Source: a virus. Taken from it: DNA of 64,000 bases. The notes under the pieces were generated by a model. That model ran no database searches. It was given only the letters and a program-made list of their open reading frames with translations, and was not told where the DNA came from. The first letter of the stretch is position 1, and each line of letters begins with the position of its first letter. This document shows, piece by piece, positions 20,150-30,961 of the stretch. Location of the stretch: positions 96,001-160,000 of the IMG/VR virus record IMGVR_UViG_3300027759_003534. One strand, given 5' to 3'. Both the position numbers and the translations under genes were made by a program.

Positions 20150-20858
20150 ACGCGGTTACTTAATACCTGCAATTGGTGATGTATATGTAGGTTGCGCCAA
20201 CCGGTTAGCAGACAGCATACACCGCTTCCACCCCAACGCCAACGTAACTATTCTTACCAAGGACATGTTGCCCTATGGTGATCAAGGTGGTTACGCCAAC
20301 GACTGGCAAGTGTTTGTTGCTAGTCCCTACAGGCAAACTATTAAACTAGAAGCTGACATGATTTGTGCTAGCCCTATAGATCATTGGTGGCCGCTGTTTG
20401 AACGGCGTGATGTTGTTATTAGCCAAGGTGCTAGAACGTTTTATGATCAACCCGCGGTGTCACGCTACTACAGAAAAATATTTGATGCTAACAAGTTACC
20501 AGACGTTTACAATGCTATTACTTATTGGAGATTAAGTAACACAGCCAAAGAGTTTTTTAATTTAGTTAGACAAATATTTGAACAATGGGATAGCTATAAA
20601 CGAGTATTAAAGTTTCCAGATGATATGCCAACTACTGATGTAGTCTATGCTATTGCGGCAGTTATTATAGGTCCAGAAAACATTACATTGCCTTCTGGTC
20701 TAGGACCAACCATAGTACATATGAAACGCTACATTAACCCTACACAAAGTAACAATTGGACAAGAGAATTAGTCTGGGAAAACAATCCGTTTCGTATTAA
20801 TACAGTAGCACAGTGGGGATTGGTGCATTATCATATCAAGGAGTGGGCAAATGAGTAA
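20133..20858 (+). CDS. GT-A fold nucleotide-sugar transferase-like protein (paralog)
   Basis: 'FVASPYRQTIKLEADMIC' (ExD variant). TTG start is preceded by an AGGAG Shine-Dalgarno. Confidence 0.5.
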   Translation: MPITAERGYLIPAIGDVYVGCANRLADSIHRFHPNANVTILTKDMLPYGDQGGYANDWQVFVASPYRQTIKLEADMICASPIDHWWPLFERRDVVISQGARTFYDQPAVSRYYRKIFDANKLPDVYNAITYWRLSNTAKEFFNLVRQIFEQWDSYKRVLKFPDDMPTTDVVYAIAAVIIGPENITLPSGLGPTIVHMKRYINPTQSNNWTRELVWENNPFRINTVAQWGLVHYHIKEWANE

Positions 20859-21114
20859 AGACGAAGATAAATTTAAACACAGTAAAAGGCTACATAAAGA
20901 CCAGGCCACCATTGAGAAACAATTAAAGATTGCTAAAAGCCATGGCATGACTAATAAGGTTGTTGAAGAGCCACACCGTTTGGCCAAACATCATGCAATG
21001 GATTGTGGCGTTCCTCATTGTCCTATGTGTTCGAATCCAAGGCACAATAAAACAGTTAAAGATCATTTGACTATCCAAGAAAAACGCAATCTTCAAAAGG
21101 CCAAAGATGAGTGA
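20851..21114 (+). CDS. Small basic hypothetical protein with CxxxxCxxC
   Basis: 87 aa, K/H-rich, contains DCGVPHCPMCSNPR. Confidence 0.65.
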   Translation: MSKDEDKFKHSKRLHKDQATIEKQLKIAKSHGMTNKVVEEPHRLAKHHAMDCGVPHCPMCSNPRHNKTVKDHLTIQEKRNLQKAKDE

Positions 21115-21457
21115 TATGACTGAAGAAGAGTTTTGGTTGATCTTACATGCAACACCACAAACTAAGCAAGTATTTTATAGATTATATTACAACAAGGACG
21201 GCTCGCCTATTATCTACAGCATGGAGGACTTGCTAGGTAATTACATAGAAGTTGATCAATCGACATACGTGTTAGCGCCGTTTAATGTTAAGGTAATTGA
21301 CGGTAAACTTGTTTATATTAACCCAACGATTACTGTTAAAAAATTACAACCCACAAACTCAACCGGCACCGCATGCGACCCCCAAGATGTGTGCATAGTA
21401 GTCGATACAGATCAACCACATACAAAATGGAATATAGTAAACAATGAACTCAATTGA
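21107..21457 (+). CDS. Hypothetical protein
   Basis: 116-aa ORF overlapping both neighbours. Confidence 0.65.
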   Translation: MSDMTEEEFWLILHATPQTKQVFYRLYYNKDGSPIIYSMEDLLGNYIEVDQSTYVLAPFNVKVIDGKLVYINPTITVKKLQPTNSTGTACDPQDVCIVVDTDQPHTKWNIVNNELN

Positions 21458-22361
21458 TATAGCAGATTTAGACTGTGTATTTTTAACCTATGATGAACCC
21501 AACAAAGAAGAAACATGGGTTAAAATTAAGAATATGGTTCCTTGGGCCCGCCGTGTAGATGGAGTTAAGGGCAGTGATGCTGCACACAAGGCAGCCGCTG
21601 ATGCTAGTACTACAGATCGATTTGTGTTAATTGACGGAGACAATATTCCCGACGCTAAGTTTTTTAATCTTACCTTAGACACAAACGAGGTTTGTGTGTA
21701 TCGTTGGAGAGCCCGTAATCACATCAATGGGTTGATGTACGGTAATGGAGGCCTAAGCATATGGTCTAAGGAATTTGTATATGCTATGCGTACACACGAA
21801 GCAAGTGATGGCACTACCGAAAACGATGTAGAGTTTTGTTTTTATTCCAACTACTATGCTATGCACGATTGCTATAGTACAACATATCCAAACGGATCGG
21901 CCTTCCAGGCATGGAGGGCTGGCTTCCGCGAAGGTGTTAAGATGTGCTTAAACAAAGGTGCACGTCCTACCTTACAAGAATTTAAACAACGAGTACACCA
22001 ACGCAACTTAGATCATCTTACTATCTGGCACAACGTAGGGCGCGATGCGGATAACGGTATCTGGGCCATAGCCGGAAGTCGCATGGGCACATACATGACT
22101 ATGATTACTCCTCAGTGGGACTATCGTGCTGTACAAGATTTTATAGAGTTAGAAAAGTTATGGGACACAGTAAAGGATGACAATCCTGAAATGTTAGCAG
22201 GCCACGTAGGCGAGCCATTAGTAGAACAGCTAGATTTACCTATCAACATGATTGGCTCAGCCGAAAGCAAATTCTTTAAGCATCACTACCGCAGTAACTG
22301 GCACAACCAAGGAATAATGGTTAAAGAAATTGATGTAATAAGAAATCAGGAAGGCTGGTAA
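21444..22361 (+). CDS. Glycosyltransferase-like protein (GT-A)
   Basis: 'DCVFLTYDEPN', 'FVLIDGD' (DxD) and 'AWRAGFREGVKM'; homologous to the C-terminal domain of 40988-43393. Confidence 0.55.
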   Translation: MNSIDIADLDCVFLTYDEPNKEETWVKIKNMVPWARRVDGVKGSDAAHKAAADASTTDRFVLIDGDNIPDAKFFNLTLDTNEVCVYRWRARNHINGLMYGNGGLSIWSKEFVYAMRTHEASDGTTENDVEFCFYSNYYAMHDCYSTTYPNGSAFQAWRAGFREGVKMCLNKGARPTLQEFKQRVHQRNLDHLTIWHNVGRDADNGIWAIAGSRMGTYMTMITPQWDYRAVQDFIELEKLWDTVKDDNPEMLAGHVGEPLVEQLDLPINMIGSAESKFFKHHYRSNWHNQGIMVKEIDVIRNQEGW

Positions 22362-23062
22362 TGATTATTGCTTTTTATCCTGGCGCTGGCGGAAACAGGT
22401 ATTTACGCATGTTAAAAGAATTAAAATGGACTGACTCAAACACATCATATGATCGATTGGTTAGCGGTCAAGAATTCAAACACAGATATTTAACTGACGA
22501 TGTCAGCAACGGTGCTCAAGATTTTATCTTAACACATTGTTTAAATGAGCCACATATACGTTCAAAATTTCCTAACCACAACATTGTTTTTATACTTGGC
22601 AATTTTAAAAAATGTCTACAACGTGAGTGGATATTAGCTGGACATGAGAGATACATTCAAAAAAACATACAACATACCTATGACTATGATAGGATAGAGC
22701 ACTATAACGCATTTAAAGATAATTCGTGGCCAGCCTGTTTTACTATTAATGATATAGAAAATTTGCCAGTTTCTATTCTTAACGAGATTACTCAAGAGTT
22801 TAAAAAAATACAAAAAAGACAAAATGCCACTAACATGCTAGCTGACCTTGAAAACCGTATAATTGGTAAAGTGAACTCTGCATATGAAATTATATGTTGG
22901 CATAAAAATTATTATGATCAATATCCTTTGTTAATTTCAAATGAGTCTACAGTAATTGATATTAATTGTGATGAGGATATTTTTTCAAAAACAATGCAAA
23001 AAGAATTAGACTTCTACAACAGCGAAATATTTGATGAAGTGTGGAAGGAATTAAATGTCTAA
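22361..23062 (+). CDS. Hypothetical protein, possibly sulfotransferase/P-loop-like
   Basis: N-terminal 'IIAFYPGAGGN' Gly-rich loop; AT-rich DNA. Confidence 0.35.
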   Translation: MIIAFYPGAGGNRYLRMLKELKWTDSNTSYDRLVSGQEFKHRYLTDDVSNGAQDFILTHCLNEPHIRSKFPNHNIVFILGNFKKCLQREWILAGHERYIQKNIQHTYDYDRIEHYNAFKDNSWPACFTINDIENLPVSILNEITQEFKKIQKRQNATNMLADLENRIIGKVNSAYEIICWHKNYYDQYPLLISNESTVIDINCDEDIFSKTMQKELDFYNSEIFDEVWKELNV

Positions 23063-24086
23063 AGTAAACGCATTCAATGGGTTTGATAAGTTAACAGAAG
23101 TATGGTTAGGCGATGTTTATCCAACGGATTTTTATCAAGATTTTGATTCAGAAGTTCGAGATGCCTTTGAACAAATTACCGCGATGACTATTGAAGATCT
23201 TTCCAAGATACAAACAGTTTTAGAATCAAAAAATGTTAAGGTACAACGTCCTCAATTTAGTTCAAATCTTGAAAATTATCTCAACGATTCTGGAACTTTA
23301 ATAAAACCTCCAATAATGCCTAGAGACACTGAATTATCCTTGGGTAATACGTTCTATCATTTAAGATCTGATTACAAAATAGATCCTTGGCAAAAACAAA
23401 TTGATGCTATGCTAGACAATGGAGTAGACATAAAAGTTGGACCATCCGGAAATGATTTATCTTGTATACAGCCACCTAGTATAGTTCGTTGCGGCAATGA
23501 TCTTTATGTTGACATTGATTCGCATAAGCATGTGATGCCTCAAATCGCGTTAACTTTAATAGAATGGTCGAAACAGTATAGGGTTCACTTGATTTCTACA
23601 GGTGGACATAGCGATGGTGTATTCTGTCCAATTCGTGAAGGATTACTTATTACCACTCACTGGATAGACGATTACAAAAAAACATTTCCGGGATGGGAAG
23701 TATTTAAAATACCCCGGGAGCTTACTGGTATTGCTGGATCTTTACAGAATTGGTGGGTTCCGGAGATACAAATTTCGTCAAACAGTTTATTTGCAAAACA
23801 TATAGAAGAAAGAGCAATAGATTGGGTTGGAAATTATCAAGAAACGCAATTTAGTGTCAACATGCTGGTTGTTGATCATAATACAGTGATTGCCGTAAAT
23901 CAAAATCCTGTGTTGACTGAATTTTTAACCAAAAAAGGAATAGAAGTAATTATTGTTGATTTTAGATGTAAAGAATTTTGGGATGGTGGTATGCATTGCC
24001 TAACGTGTGATACTCAACGCAATGGCTTGATTAAAAATTATTTTCCAGAGCGCCCAGTTGCAAACTATTTAGATTGGATAAAATGA
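23055..24086 (+). CDS. Amidinotransferase (glycine / inosamine-phosphate amidinotransferase family)
   Basis: 'FDKLTEVWLG', 'PPIMPRD', 'GGHSDGVF' and C-terminal 'FWDGGMHCLT' match the family pattern with catalytic Asp/His/Cys. Confidence 0.75.
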   Translation: MSKVNAFNGFDKLTEVWLGDVYPTDFYQDFDSEVRDAFEQITAMTIEDLSKIQTVLESKNVKVQRPQFSSNLENYLNDSGTLIKPPIMPRDTELSLGNTFYHLRSDYKIDPWQKQIDAMLDNGVDIKVGPSGNDLSCIQPPSIVRCGNDLYVDIDSHKHVMPQIALTLIEWSKQYRVHLISTGGHSDGVFCPIREGLLITTHWIDDYKKTFPGWEVFKIPRELTGIAGSLQNWWVPEIQISSNSLFAKHIEERAIDWVGNYQETQFSVNMLVVDHNTVIAVNQNPVLTEFLTKKGIEVIIVDFRCKEFWDGGMHCLTCDTQRNGLIKNYFPERPVANYLDWIK

Positions 24087-25495
24087 ACAACAAAGGCGAC
24101 GAAAGTGTAAACAATAAAAGCAAGTTTCTCAGCGGTGCCGAGGAAATGCAAAATCTGCTTGGCCCAGCACTTTGTCTGGCCAAATGGAAACAGGTTAGTT
24201 TACATTTACCCACGGGCCTTAACAACAGTTGTTATCATCCTCCACTACACCCTATTCCCGCTGAGTTGTTGACTGATAATCCTGGTGCGCTACACAATAC
24301 TCCACACAAAAAAGAACAGCGCAAGATCATGTTACGGCAAGAACGCCCTAGCGAATGTAGTTATTGCTGGGCTATGGAGGACAATGACAAGTTAAGTGAT
24401 CGTCATTATCGCAGTGGTGAGCCATGGGCTGCCAAATACTTTGATATTATAACCAATTCAAATGGAGATGAAGATGTCATACCTAGTTATGTGGAAGTTA
24501 ACTTTAATCATGCTTGTAATTTGGCATGTAGTTACTGTAGTCCTCAATTTAGTTCAACTTGGCAACAAGAAATGGATCAGCATGGCGCTTACCCTACTAG
24601 CACTAGACACAACGATCCTAGTCATTTTGTTGGTCGCAATCGGCCTATCCCAGTTCGCGAGCATAATCCCTATGTAGAAGCTTTTTGGGCCTGGTGGCCT
24701 ACGCTTTATCCAGAACTAGAGCACTTTCGTATGACCGGTGGTGAGCCCATGTTGGACAAGAACACGTATAGAGTGTTTGATTATGTATTAGCCAACCCTA
24801 AACCCAACTTGCATTTAAACGTAACCAGTAATTTCAGTGTAGATGAAAAGACTTGGCAAAAGTATAAGGGATATGTAAAAGAATTATGCAAAGGTGAGCG
24901 GATTGAACACTTTATGCAGTTTGTTAGTCTGGACAGCTTCGGTGATCAAGCAGAATATATTAGACACGGCTTGGACTTTGATCTGCTGTGGGATCGTGTA
25001 AATCAATTCTTAACAGAGATACCTGGACGTAATTCAATTACCTTTATTGTGACTATGAATAATCTTAGTGTAACAGGATTACCGCACCTGTTTGCTGGCA
25101 TACTAGGCCTGCGTAAGTTATACAGCAAGACATATCAGCGTGTGTGGTTTGACACACCTGTGCTCAGACAACCCACATGGCAAAGCCTACAACTGCTACC
25201 AGAATCGTATGTGGATCAACTTGAACAACTTTGGGCTTGGATGATTCGTCAAATTGAAACAGAAGAAACTCGTTTCCACGGATTTAAAGACTACGAGATT
25301 GCTCGCTTGGACAGAGATATTGCCTGGATGCGTGATGGACAAAAGTTGGATCCTGCTGTGATCAATTGTAATAAAGCAGACTTCTATAGATTCTTTGCAG
25401 AAGCTGATCGCAGACACAGTACAAACTTCTTAAAAACTTTTCCAGAAATGACAGCTTGGTGGAAAGAATGCAAATATTATGCTAAACAATCATAA
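24083..25495 (+). CDS. Radical SAM protein with N-terminal twitch-like domain (copy 1)
   Basis: CNLACSYC (CxxxCxxC) and TGGEP; N-terminal CLAKW...SCYHP...CSYCW. ATG 24083 overlaps the upstream stop. Confidence 0.85.
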   Translation: MNNKGDESVNNKSKFLSGAEEMQNLLGPALCLAKWKQVSLHLPTGLNNSCYHPPLHPIPAELLTDNPGALHNTPHKKEQRKIMLRQERPSECSYCWAMEDNDKLSDRHYRSGEPWAAKYFDIITNSNGDEDVIPSYVEVNFNHACNLACSYCSPQFSSTWQQEMDQHGAYPTSTRHNDPSHFVGRNRPIPVREHNPYVEAFWAWWPTLYPELEHFRMTGGEPMLDKNTYRVFDYVLANPKPNLHLNVTSNFSVDEKTWQKYKGYVKELCKGERIEHFMQFVSLDSFGDQAEYIRHGLDFDLLWDRVNQFLTEIPGRNSITFIVTMNNLSVTGLPHLFAGILGLRKLYSKTYQRVWFDTPVLRQPTWQSLQLLPESYVDQLEQLWAWMIRQIETEETRFHGFKDYEIARLDRDIAWMRDGQKLDPAVINCNKADFYRFFAEADRRHSTNFLKTFPEMTAWWKECKYYAKQS

Positions 25496-26618
25496 AATTG
25501 TATTAAACAATTTTTGTGAAATTGATCGTCTTATCCGCCCATTTGCCGATGACGAGTTTTACGATTTAACCAAGCACACTATAGTACCAGGCGCCATATA
25601 CATAATTGGCCGAGAGCAATTTACAACTAACCGACAGCTTATTAAACAATTAGTTGATAGCGGTACTATACGAGCAGTATTATGTAATCCTGCCGAGGGG
25701 TCTGAGTCAATGTATTGGTTATATCAGACATTAGGAATAGGCAATTTTACCAAACATGCCGCTGTTATCACTGGCGGATATTTGCCCGATGGTATTCCGC
25801 ATATGTACCATGAACATTTTCTACCGTTGATATTAGATTACGATGAAAACATAAAAGCTATAGAAGATTATAAAAACAGAAAAACAACCGACCGCCCTTA
25901 CAAATTTTTATTTTTAAATGGTAGATTGCGTGTACACCGAAAATATCTATTAGAATATTTTAGATTAACTGGGTTGTTAGACCAAAGTCTCTGGACAAAT
26001 CTAGACCATAGAAATAGTCAGCCACCAAAACTAAAATTAGAACATAACGGACAAGATCTTATCAATAGTCCATTTCCTGTACACTATCTACCAGCCCAAT
26101 ATGAGATCGACCGTTATCAACAACAAGCAGTTAAAGTGCCAACAGAGTTATCGGGCGACCTGGCTGCCAAACGATATTTGTTTAACAACGAATGGGGCGA
26201 CATTTATATTGCACCCGCGCCTTACCTAGACACTTATTTTAGTTTAGTAACCGAAACAGTATTTGATTATCCGTATACATTTAGAACAGAAAAAATTTGG
26301 AAACCTATAGCAATTGGACATCCGTGGATTGCCGCTACTAACCGTGGCTATTATAGAGATATGCACAACCTAGGATTTAAAACTTTTGGACACCTAATTG
26401 ACGAAAGTTTTGATCAAATAGAAAATGGTCAAGATAGAATTGAGCGTATAACTCAAGTAGTGGAGGATCTTTGCCGGCAGGACCTTCCAGCTTTCTTAAC
26501 AGCAGCCAAAGATGTGTGTAAATACAATCAACAATTGCTTGCGGAGTTAAGGATTAAAGTCCGCAGTGAGTTTCCTGATCGTTTCCACCAATTTATTAAT
26601 CAACAATTCAATGCATGA
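25479..26618 (+). CDS. GT-B / GT10-like glycosyltransferase-like protein (copy 1)
   Basis: 'FSLVTET...RTEKIWKPIAIGHPWI...GFKTF..LIDESFD', shared with 38521-39732 and 39714-40985. Confidence 0.45.
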   Translation: MLNNHKIVLNNFCEIDRLIRPFADDEFYDLTKHTIVPGAIYIIGREQFTTNRQLIKQLVDSGTIRAVLCNPAEGSESMYWLYQTLGIGNFTKHAAVITGGYLPDGIPHMYHEHFLPLILDYDENIKAIEDYKNRKTTDRPYKFLFLNGRLRVHRKYLLEYFRLTGLLDQSLWTNLDHRNSQPPKLKLEHNGQDLINSPFPVHYLPAQYEIDRYQQQAVKVPTELSGDLAAKRYLFNNEWGDIYIAPAPYLDTYFSLVTETVFDYPYTFRTEKIWKPIAIGHPWIAATNRGYYRDMHNLGFKTFGHLIDESFDQIENGQDRIERITQVVEDLCRQDLPAFLTAAKDVCKYNQQLLAELRIKVRSEFPDRFHQFINQQFNA

Positions 26619-27942
26619 TTTAGAATTCAAACAACAAGTGTTAGACACAAAGAGTGCCAGCTTTTGTGCAGCCAAGTGGTATAATGCTACTATATGGTTA
26701 GGTTCAGGACAGACTACAAGTTGTCATCACCCACCCGCACACAAGATTGATCTAGAAGAATTAAAAACAAATCCAAAGGCATTACACAACACGGTAGAAA
26801 AGAAAATAGATCGATTGAACATGCAGTTGGGCAATCGTCCTAAGGGGTGTGAATATTGCTGGAAGATTGAAGACATGGGCCGCGATAGTATTAGCGACCG
26901 TGTATATAAAAGTAAAATTTACCCTATAAAGGCCCTAGATGAAGCATATCAAACTCCGCATCAAGCAGATGTCAATTTACGTACACTGGAAATTGCGTTC
27001 GATCGCACTTGCCAATTTGCTTGTAGCTATTGTAACCCTGCTTTCAGTAGCACATGGGTTAAAGACATACGATCCAACGGTCCCTATGAGTCCTTGGTGT
27101 CTGATGGGCGTAACCACTTTACTCACGATCACCCTAGCAGTCAACTATACCGCGTTGGCGAAACTAATCCCTATGTTGAAGCGTTCTTTGCTTGGTGGGA
27201 AACGGATCTTCACCGGACTCTTCAAGAGCTGAGGATCACTGGTGGTGAACCCTTAATGAGTGGCGAAACCTGGAAGCTGTTGGATTGGTTTAAAACCAAT
27301 AAAGGTAAAAGCTCAACTCGGTTGGCCATCAACAGTAACTTGGGTGCAAAAGTGGATTTAGATCGTTTGCTAGACAGCATAGAAGGATTAGAAGTAGATA
27401 TCTATACTAGTCAAGAAAGCGTATACAATCAAGCTGAATACATTCGAGATGGATTAGATTATGATGCTTGGATATCCAATGTTCAAAAGTTACTAGACAG
27501 CGACTGTGTAAGAGCTGTACATTGCATGGCTACTATCAACGCATTATGCTTAGATAGTTTGACTAGCTTGCTGTATCAATTGCTAGAATTTAAACAAATG
27601 TACGGGCGTGAGCGAGTGAGTTTTACACTGAACATTTTGCGTTTTCCTAGTTTTCAAAGTCCATTGGTATTGCCTGACGACTTGCGCACACACTATAAAG
27701 ATCGATTACAAGACTTCCTGGATCGCAATCGCAACAATAAATTCATACACGAGCACGAGCTCAATCACATACAACGGTTGATTGATTATCTAGATGTGGT
27801 TAAGACCCCGCATTCGGATTCATTTGATATGCCTAAATTGTTAAATGATTTTAAACAGTTTCATACTCAATACGATCAGCGTCGTAACAAAAATTTTACC
27901 GCAACATTTCCTCAATTGGCAGACTGGTATAACACATTATGA
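26611..27942 (+). CDS. Radical SAM protein with N-terminal twitch-like domain (copy 2)
   Basis: CQFACSYC and TGGEP; N-terminal CAAKW...SCHHP...CEYCW. Start placed at ATG 26611 (MHDLEF). Confidence 0.85.
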   Translation: MHDLEFKQQVLDTKSASFCAAKWYNATIWLGSGQTTSCHHPPAHKIDLEELKTNPKALHNTVEKKIDRLNMQLGNRPKGCEYCWKIEDMGRDSISDRVYKSKIYPIKALDEAYQTPHQADVNLRTLEIAFDRTCQFACSYCNPAFSSTWVKDIRSNGPYESLVSDGRNHFTHDHPSSQLYRVGETNPYVEAFFAWWETDLHRTLQELRITGGEPLMSGETWKLLDWFKTNKGKSSTRLAINSNLGAKVDLDRLLDSIEGLEVDIYTSQESVYNQAEYIRDGLDYDAWISNVQKLLDSDCVRAVHCMATINALCLDSLTSLLYQLLEFKQMYGRERVSFTLNILRFPSFQSPLVLPDDLRTHYKDRLQDFLDRNRNNKFIHEHELNHIQRLIDYLDVVKTPHSDSFDMPKLLNDFKQFHTQYDQRRNKNFTATFPQLADWYNTL

Positions 27943-29630
27943 ATTTAGATGATAAAATTATTGAACTTAAAACAGCGTACAACGTAATTGACGTGGTAAA
28001 TTTGGACCAGTGGAGTAACAGTATTAATGAAGGCAAAAACTGGCTCGAGCACACCTGTCGCCGTCTGCACAAGGATCCGTACAAAAACAATGAGCGTATT
28101 GTTTTTACACACTCGGCAGATTTTTACACAGAAGATGATTTAACAACAGCTGGGATTATACTTAGAAACTTACAAGTTATTTTAAATTCAGTTGATATAT
28201 CAAACTTTTTTGTTATTGTTGTATCAACCAATAACAATATAGCAGAAGAGTGGAACATTATAAATGAACTAAGCAAAGACCCGGTGCCATTGGCAGTTGA
28301 AATTGTCGATGGAAAATTTACTCAAAACATTATAAAAGATTATTCAAAACGCCAGGAAACTTATAAATATGGGTCAGTCGATCCTGTAAAAATACGATTA
28401 GACGAGCTTACAACTCAAGAAAAATTTTTACTTACAGAAAGTAAAACCTTCTGTATCTACCCCTGGATACATCTACATGCTTATCCAACTGGGGAGGCAT
28501 ATCCTTGTTGTCATGCTGAAATGGCGTATCCGGTAGGCAATACAAAATTTAAAACCCTTGAAGAAATATATCGTGATGCGCCCATGCGTGAGCTAAGAAA
28601 GGACATGCTGGCCGAGCAACCAAACCCTGCATGCGGTCGTTGTTACGAGCAGGAGGAAGCAGGTTTCTTCAGCGGTCGCCGGAGTGCCAACAAGCACCAT
28701 GGACACCATGTCAAACGTATCGATGATGATCAGTTTCAAATGAGCTACTGGGATATTCGTTTCAGTAACTTATGCAACCTAAGTTGCCGTAGTTGTGGGC
28801 ATATATTCAGCTCTAGCTGGTATCAAGATCAGGCCAAGTTGGCTGGTGGTGATTGGAAAGATCGCAACCAAGTGTTAAACTATGCAGGCCGTACAGAGAC
28901 AGACATGTGGGAACAGTTGATTCCGCATCTGGACTATGTAGAGCAAATTTACTTTGCTGGCGGCGAACCCTTAATGATGAAGGAACACTACAACATTTTA
29001 GATGAACTGGAACGTCGTGGGCGGTTTGATGTCAGACTGATATATAATACTAACTTTACACATGTCAAGCTGAAGGATCGCACAGTATTTGATTATTGGA
29101 AACGCTTTAAAAGTGTAGCGGTAGGAGCCAGTTTAGATGCTATGGGCCCACGTGCAGAGTATATACGAAAAGGCACTGAATGGGACCAAGTAGAACGCAA
29201 TCGTGCGCAAATGCTAGAAATATGCCCCAATATAGACTTTTATATAAGCCCTACACTAAGCATAATGAATGCACTACACCTACCAGAGTTTCACCGCAAC
29301 TGGGTTGACAAAGGATTTATTAAACCGCAAGACTTGAATGTGAATATTTTGCAAGACCCAACGCATTTCAGAATAGACATAGCACCTGTTGAATATAAGC
29401 AACGTATACAAGTAGCATACGAAGAACACTTGGAATGGTTGCGCCCATTGGATTCACTACAGCGAGCAACTGTGGGGTTTGAGAGTGCTATCAACTTTTT
29501 GATGTCCACAGACAATTCTGCATTGTTACCTAAATTTTGGTCGGCGTCTGACAAATTAGATCACATTCGATCCGAAAGTTTATTAGACGTAGTTCCGGAA
29601 TTGACATTAATCGAACAATATAGACAATAA
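27939..29630 (+). CDS. Radical SAM / twitch protein with extra N-terminal domain (copy 3)
   Basis: CNLSCRSC and AGGEP; FCIYPW...YPCC...CGRCY; about 165-aa N-terminal extension. Confidence 0.85.
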   Translation: MNLDDKIIELKTAYNVIDVVNLDQWSNSINEGKNWLEHTCRRLHKDPYKNNERIVFTHSADFYTEDDLTTAGIILRNLQVILNSVDISNFFVIVVSTNNNIAEEWNIINELSKDPVPLAVEIVDGKFTQNIIKDYSKRQETYKYGSVDPVKIRLDELTTQEKFLLTESKTFCIYPWIHLHAYPTGEAYPCCHAEMAYPVGNTKFKTLEEIYRDAPMRELRKDMLAEQPNPACGRCYEQEEAGFFSGRRSANKHHGHHVKRIDDDQFQMSYWDIRFSNLCNLSCRSCGHIFSSSWYQDQAKLAGGDWKDRNQVLNYAGRTETDMWEQLIPHLDYVEQIYFAGGEPLMMKEHYNILDELERRGRFDVRLIYNTNFTHVKLKDRTVFDYWKRFKSVAVGASLDAMGPRAEYIRKGTEWDQVERNRAQMLEICPNIDFYISPTLSIMNALHLPEFHRNWVDKGFIKPQDLNVNILQDPTHFRIDIAPVEYKQRIQVAYEEHLEWLRPLDSLQRATVGFESAINFLMSTDNSALLPKFWSASDKLDHIRSESLLDVVPELTLIEQYRQ

Positions 29631-29632
29631 TC

Positions 29633-30961
29633 ATGACTGATAAAATTATAGGCAAATACAACTGGCAAGATCGAATTCCCAGTTACATTCCGTTAGAACA
29701 GCTAACCGACATTCAACGGCATAGACTAATGGAAAGTAAAACTTTTTGCATGTTACCTTGGATACACTTACATGCATGGCCCGATGGCCGCGCTTATCCG
29801 TGTTGTTTAGGCAATGCTCGACATCCTGTGGGTAACTTTAAAGAAAAATCCATGAAGGAAATTTGGAACGACGACGCCATGCGGCAAATGCGAGTCAACA
29901 TGCTCAATGATCAGCCTTGCAAGGAATGTAGTGACTGCTACGAGCAAGAAGAGTACGGCTTCGCTAGTATGCGCAACAACAGCAACAAAAACTTTGGACA
30001 GCACGTTGCCGAAGTAGAAGATACATTGCCCGACGGTTCCACGCCAAACTTTCAATTGCACTACTGGGATGTGCGCTTTAGTAATATATGCCAGCTCAAG
30101 TGCCGTAGTTGTGGCAGTATCTTTAGCAGTCGTTGGTATGATGATGATGTCAAGTTATGGGGTAAAGAACTGCGCCCACGTGTGCAGTTTGCTGGTCGTC
30201 ATGAAAATGATGTATGGGAACAGATGCAAGAACATGTTCCGCACCTGGACCAAATATATTTTGCCGGCGGCGAACCCTTGATCATGGAAGAACATGCACG
30301 TATATTAAAGCTGCTGATAGAAAAAGGTAATACCAATGTTCGCTTGATTTACAATACCAATTTGAATGAATTGCGTTATAAACGAGAATCAGTACTGGAT
30401 CTATGGAAACATTTCCCCAATGTGTGCGTGGCTGCCAGTTTGGACGACATGGGAGCTCGTGCTGAAATCATACGGTCAGGCACAAACTGGGCTCAAGTAG
30501 AACAAAACATTAGAGATTTAAAGCGTGAGTGTCCGCATATAGACTTCATGATCAGCCCTACACTCAGCATGATGAACATCTGGAACTTTACTAGATTCCA
30601 CCGTTACATGGTTGATCAAGGATTTATACGAGCCCAAGACTTTAACTTGAACATATTACAAGGTCCCCAAGAATATCGTATAGATATGTTGCCAACTGAT
30701 ATCAAACAACAGTTCAAGCGAGAGTTTGAAGAACACATCCGTTGGTTAGAGCCGATCGACGGAATACAACGTGCCACTGGTGGATTCCGTGGAGCTATTG
30801 AGTTTATGATGGCCACTGACAACAGCCATTTGTTACAGGGATTTTGGGAAACTGTCAATGATCTGGATTGGAGCCGTAGTGAAAGTTTATTGAGTGTGGT
30901 TCCAGAGTTGGCGGCCATTGTCCAATATCGCCCCAAAGATAAAAGGATACCCCTTAAGTGA
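29633..30961 (+). CDS. Radical SAM / twitch protein (copy 4)
   Basis: CQLKCRSC and AGGEP; FCMLPW...YPCC...CSDCY. Confidence 0.85.
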   Translation: MTDKIIGKYNWQDRIPSYIPLEQLTDIQRHRLMESKTFCMLPWIHLHAWPDGRAYPCCLGNARHPVGNFKEKSMKEIWNDDAMRQMRVNMLNDQPCKECSDCYEQEEYGFASMRNNSNKNFGQHVAEVEDTLPDGSTPNFQLHYWDVRFSNICQLKCRSCGSIFSSRWYDDDVKLWGKELRPRVQFAGRHENDVWEQMQEHVPHLDQIYFAGGEPLIMEEHARILKLLIEKGNTNVRLIYNTNLNELRYKRESVLDLWKHFPNVCVAASLDDMGARAEIIRSGTNWAQVEQNIRDLKRECPHIDFMISPTLSMMNIWNFTRFHRYMVDQGFIRAQDFNLNILQGPQEYRIDMLPTDIKQQFKREFEEHIRWLEPIDGIQRATGGFRGAIEFMMATDNSHLLQGFWETVNDLDWSRSESLLSVVPELAAIVQYRPKDKRIPLK

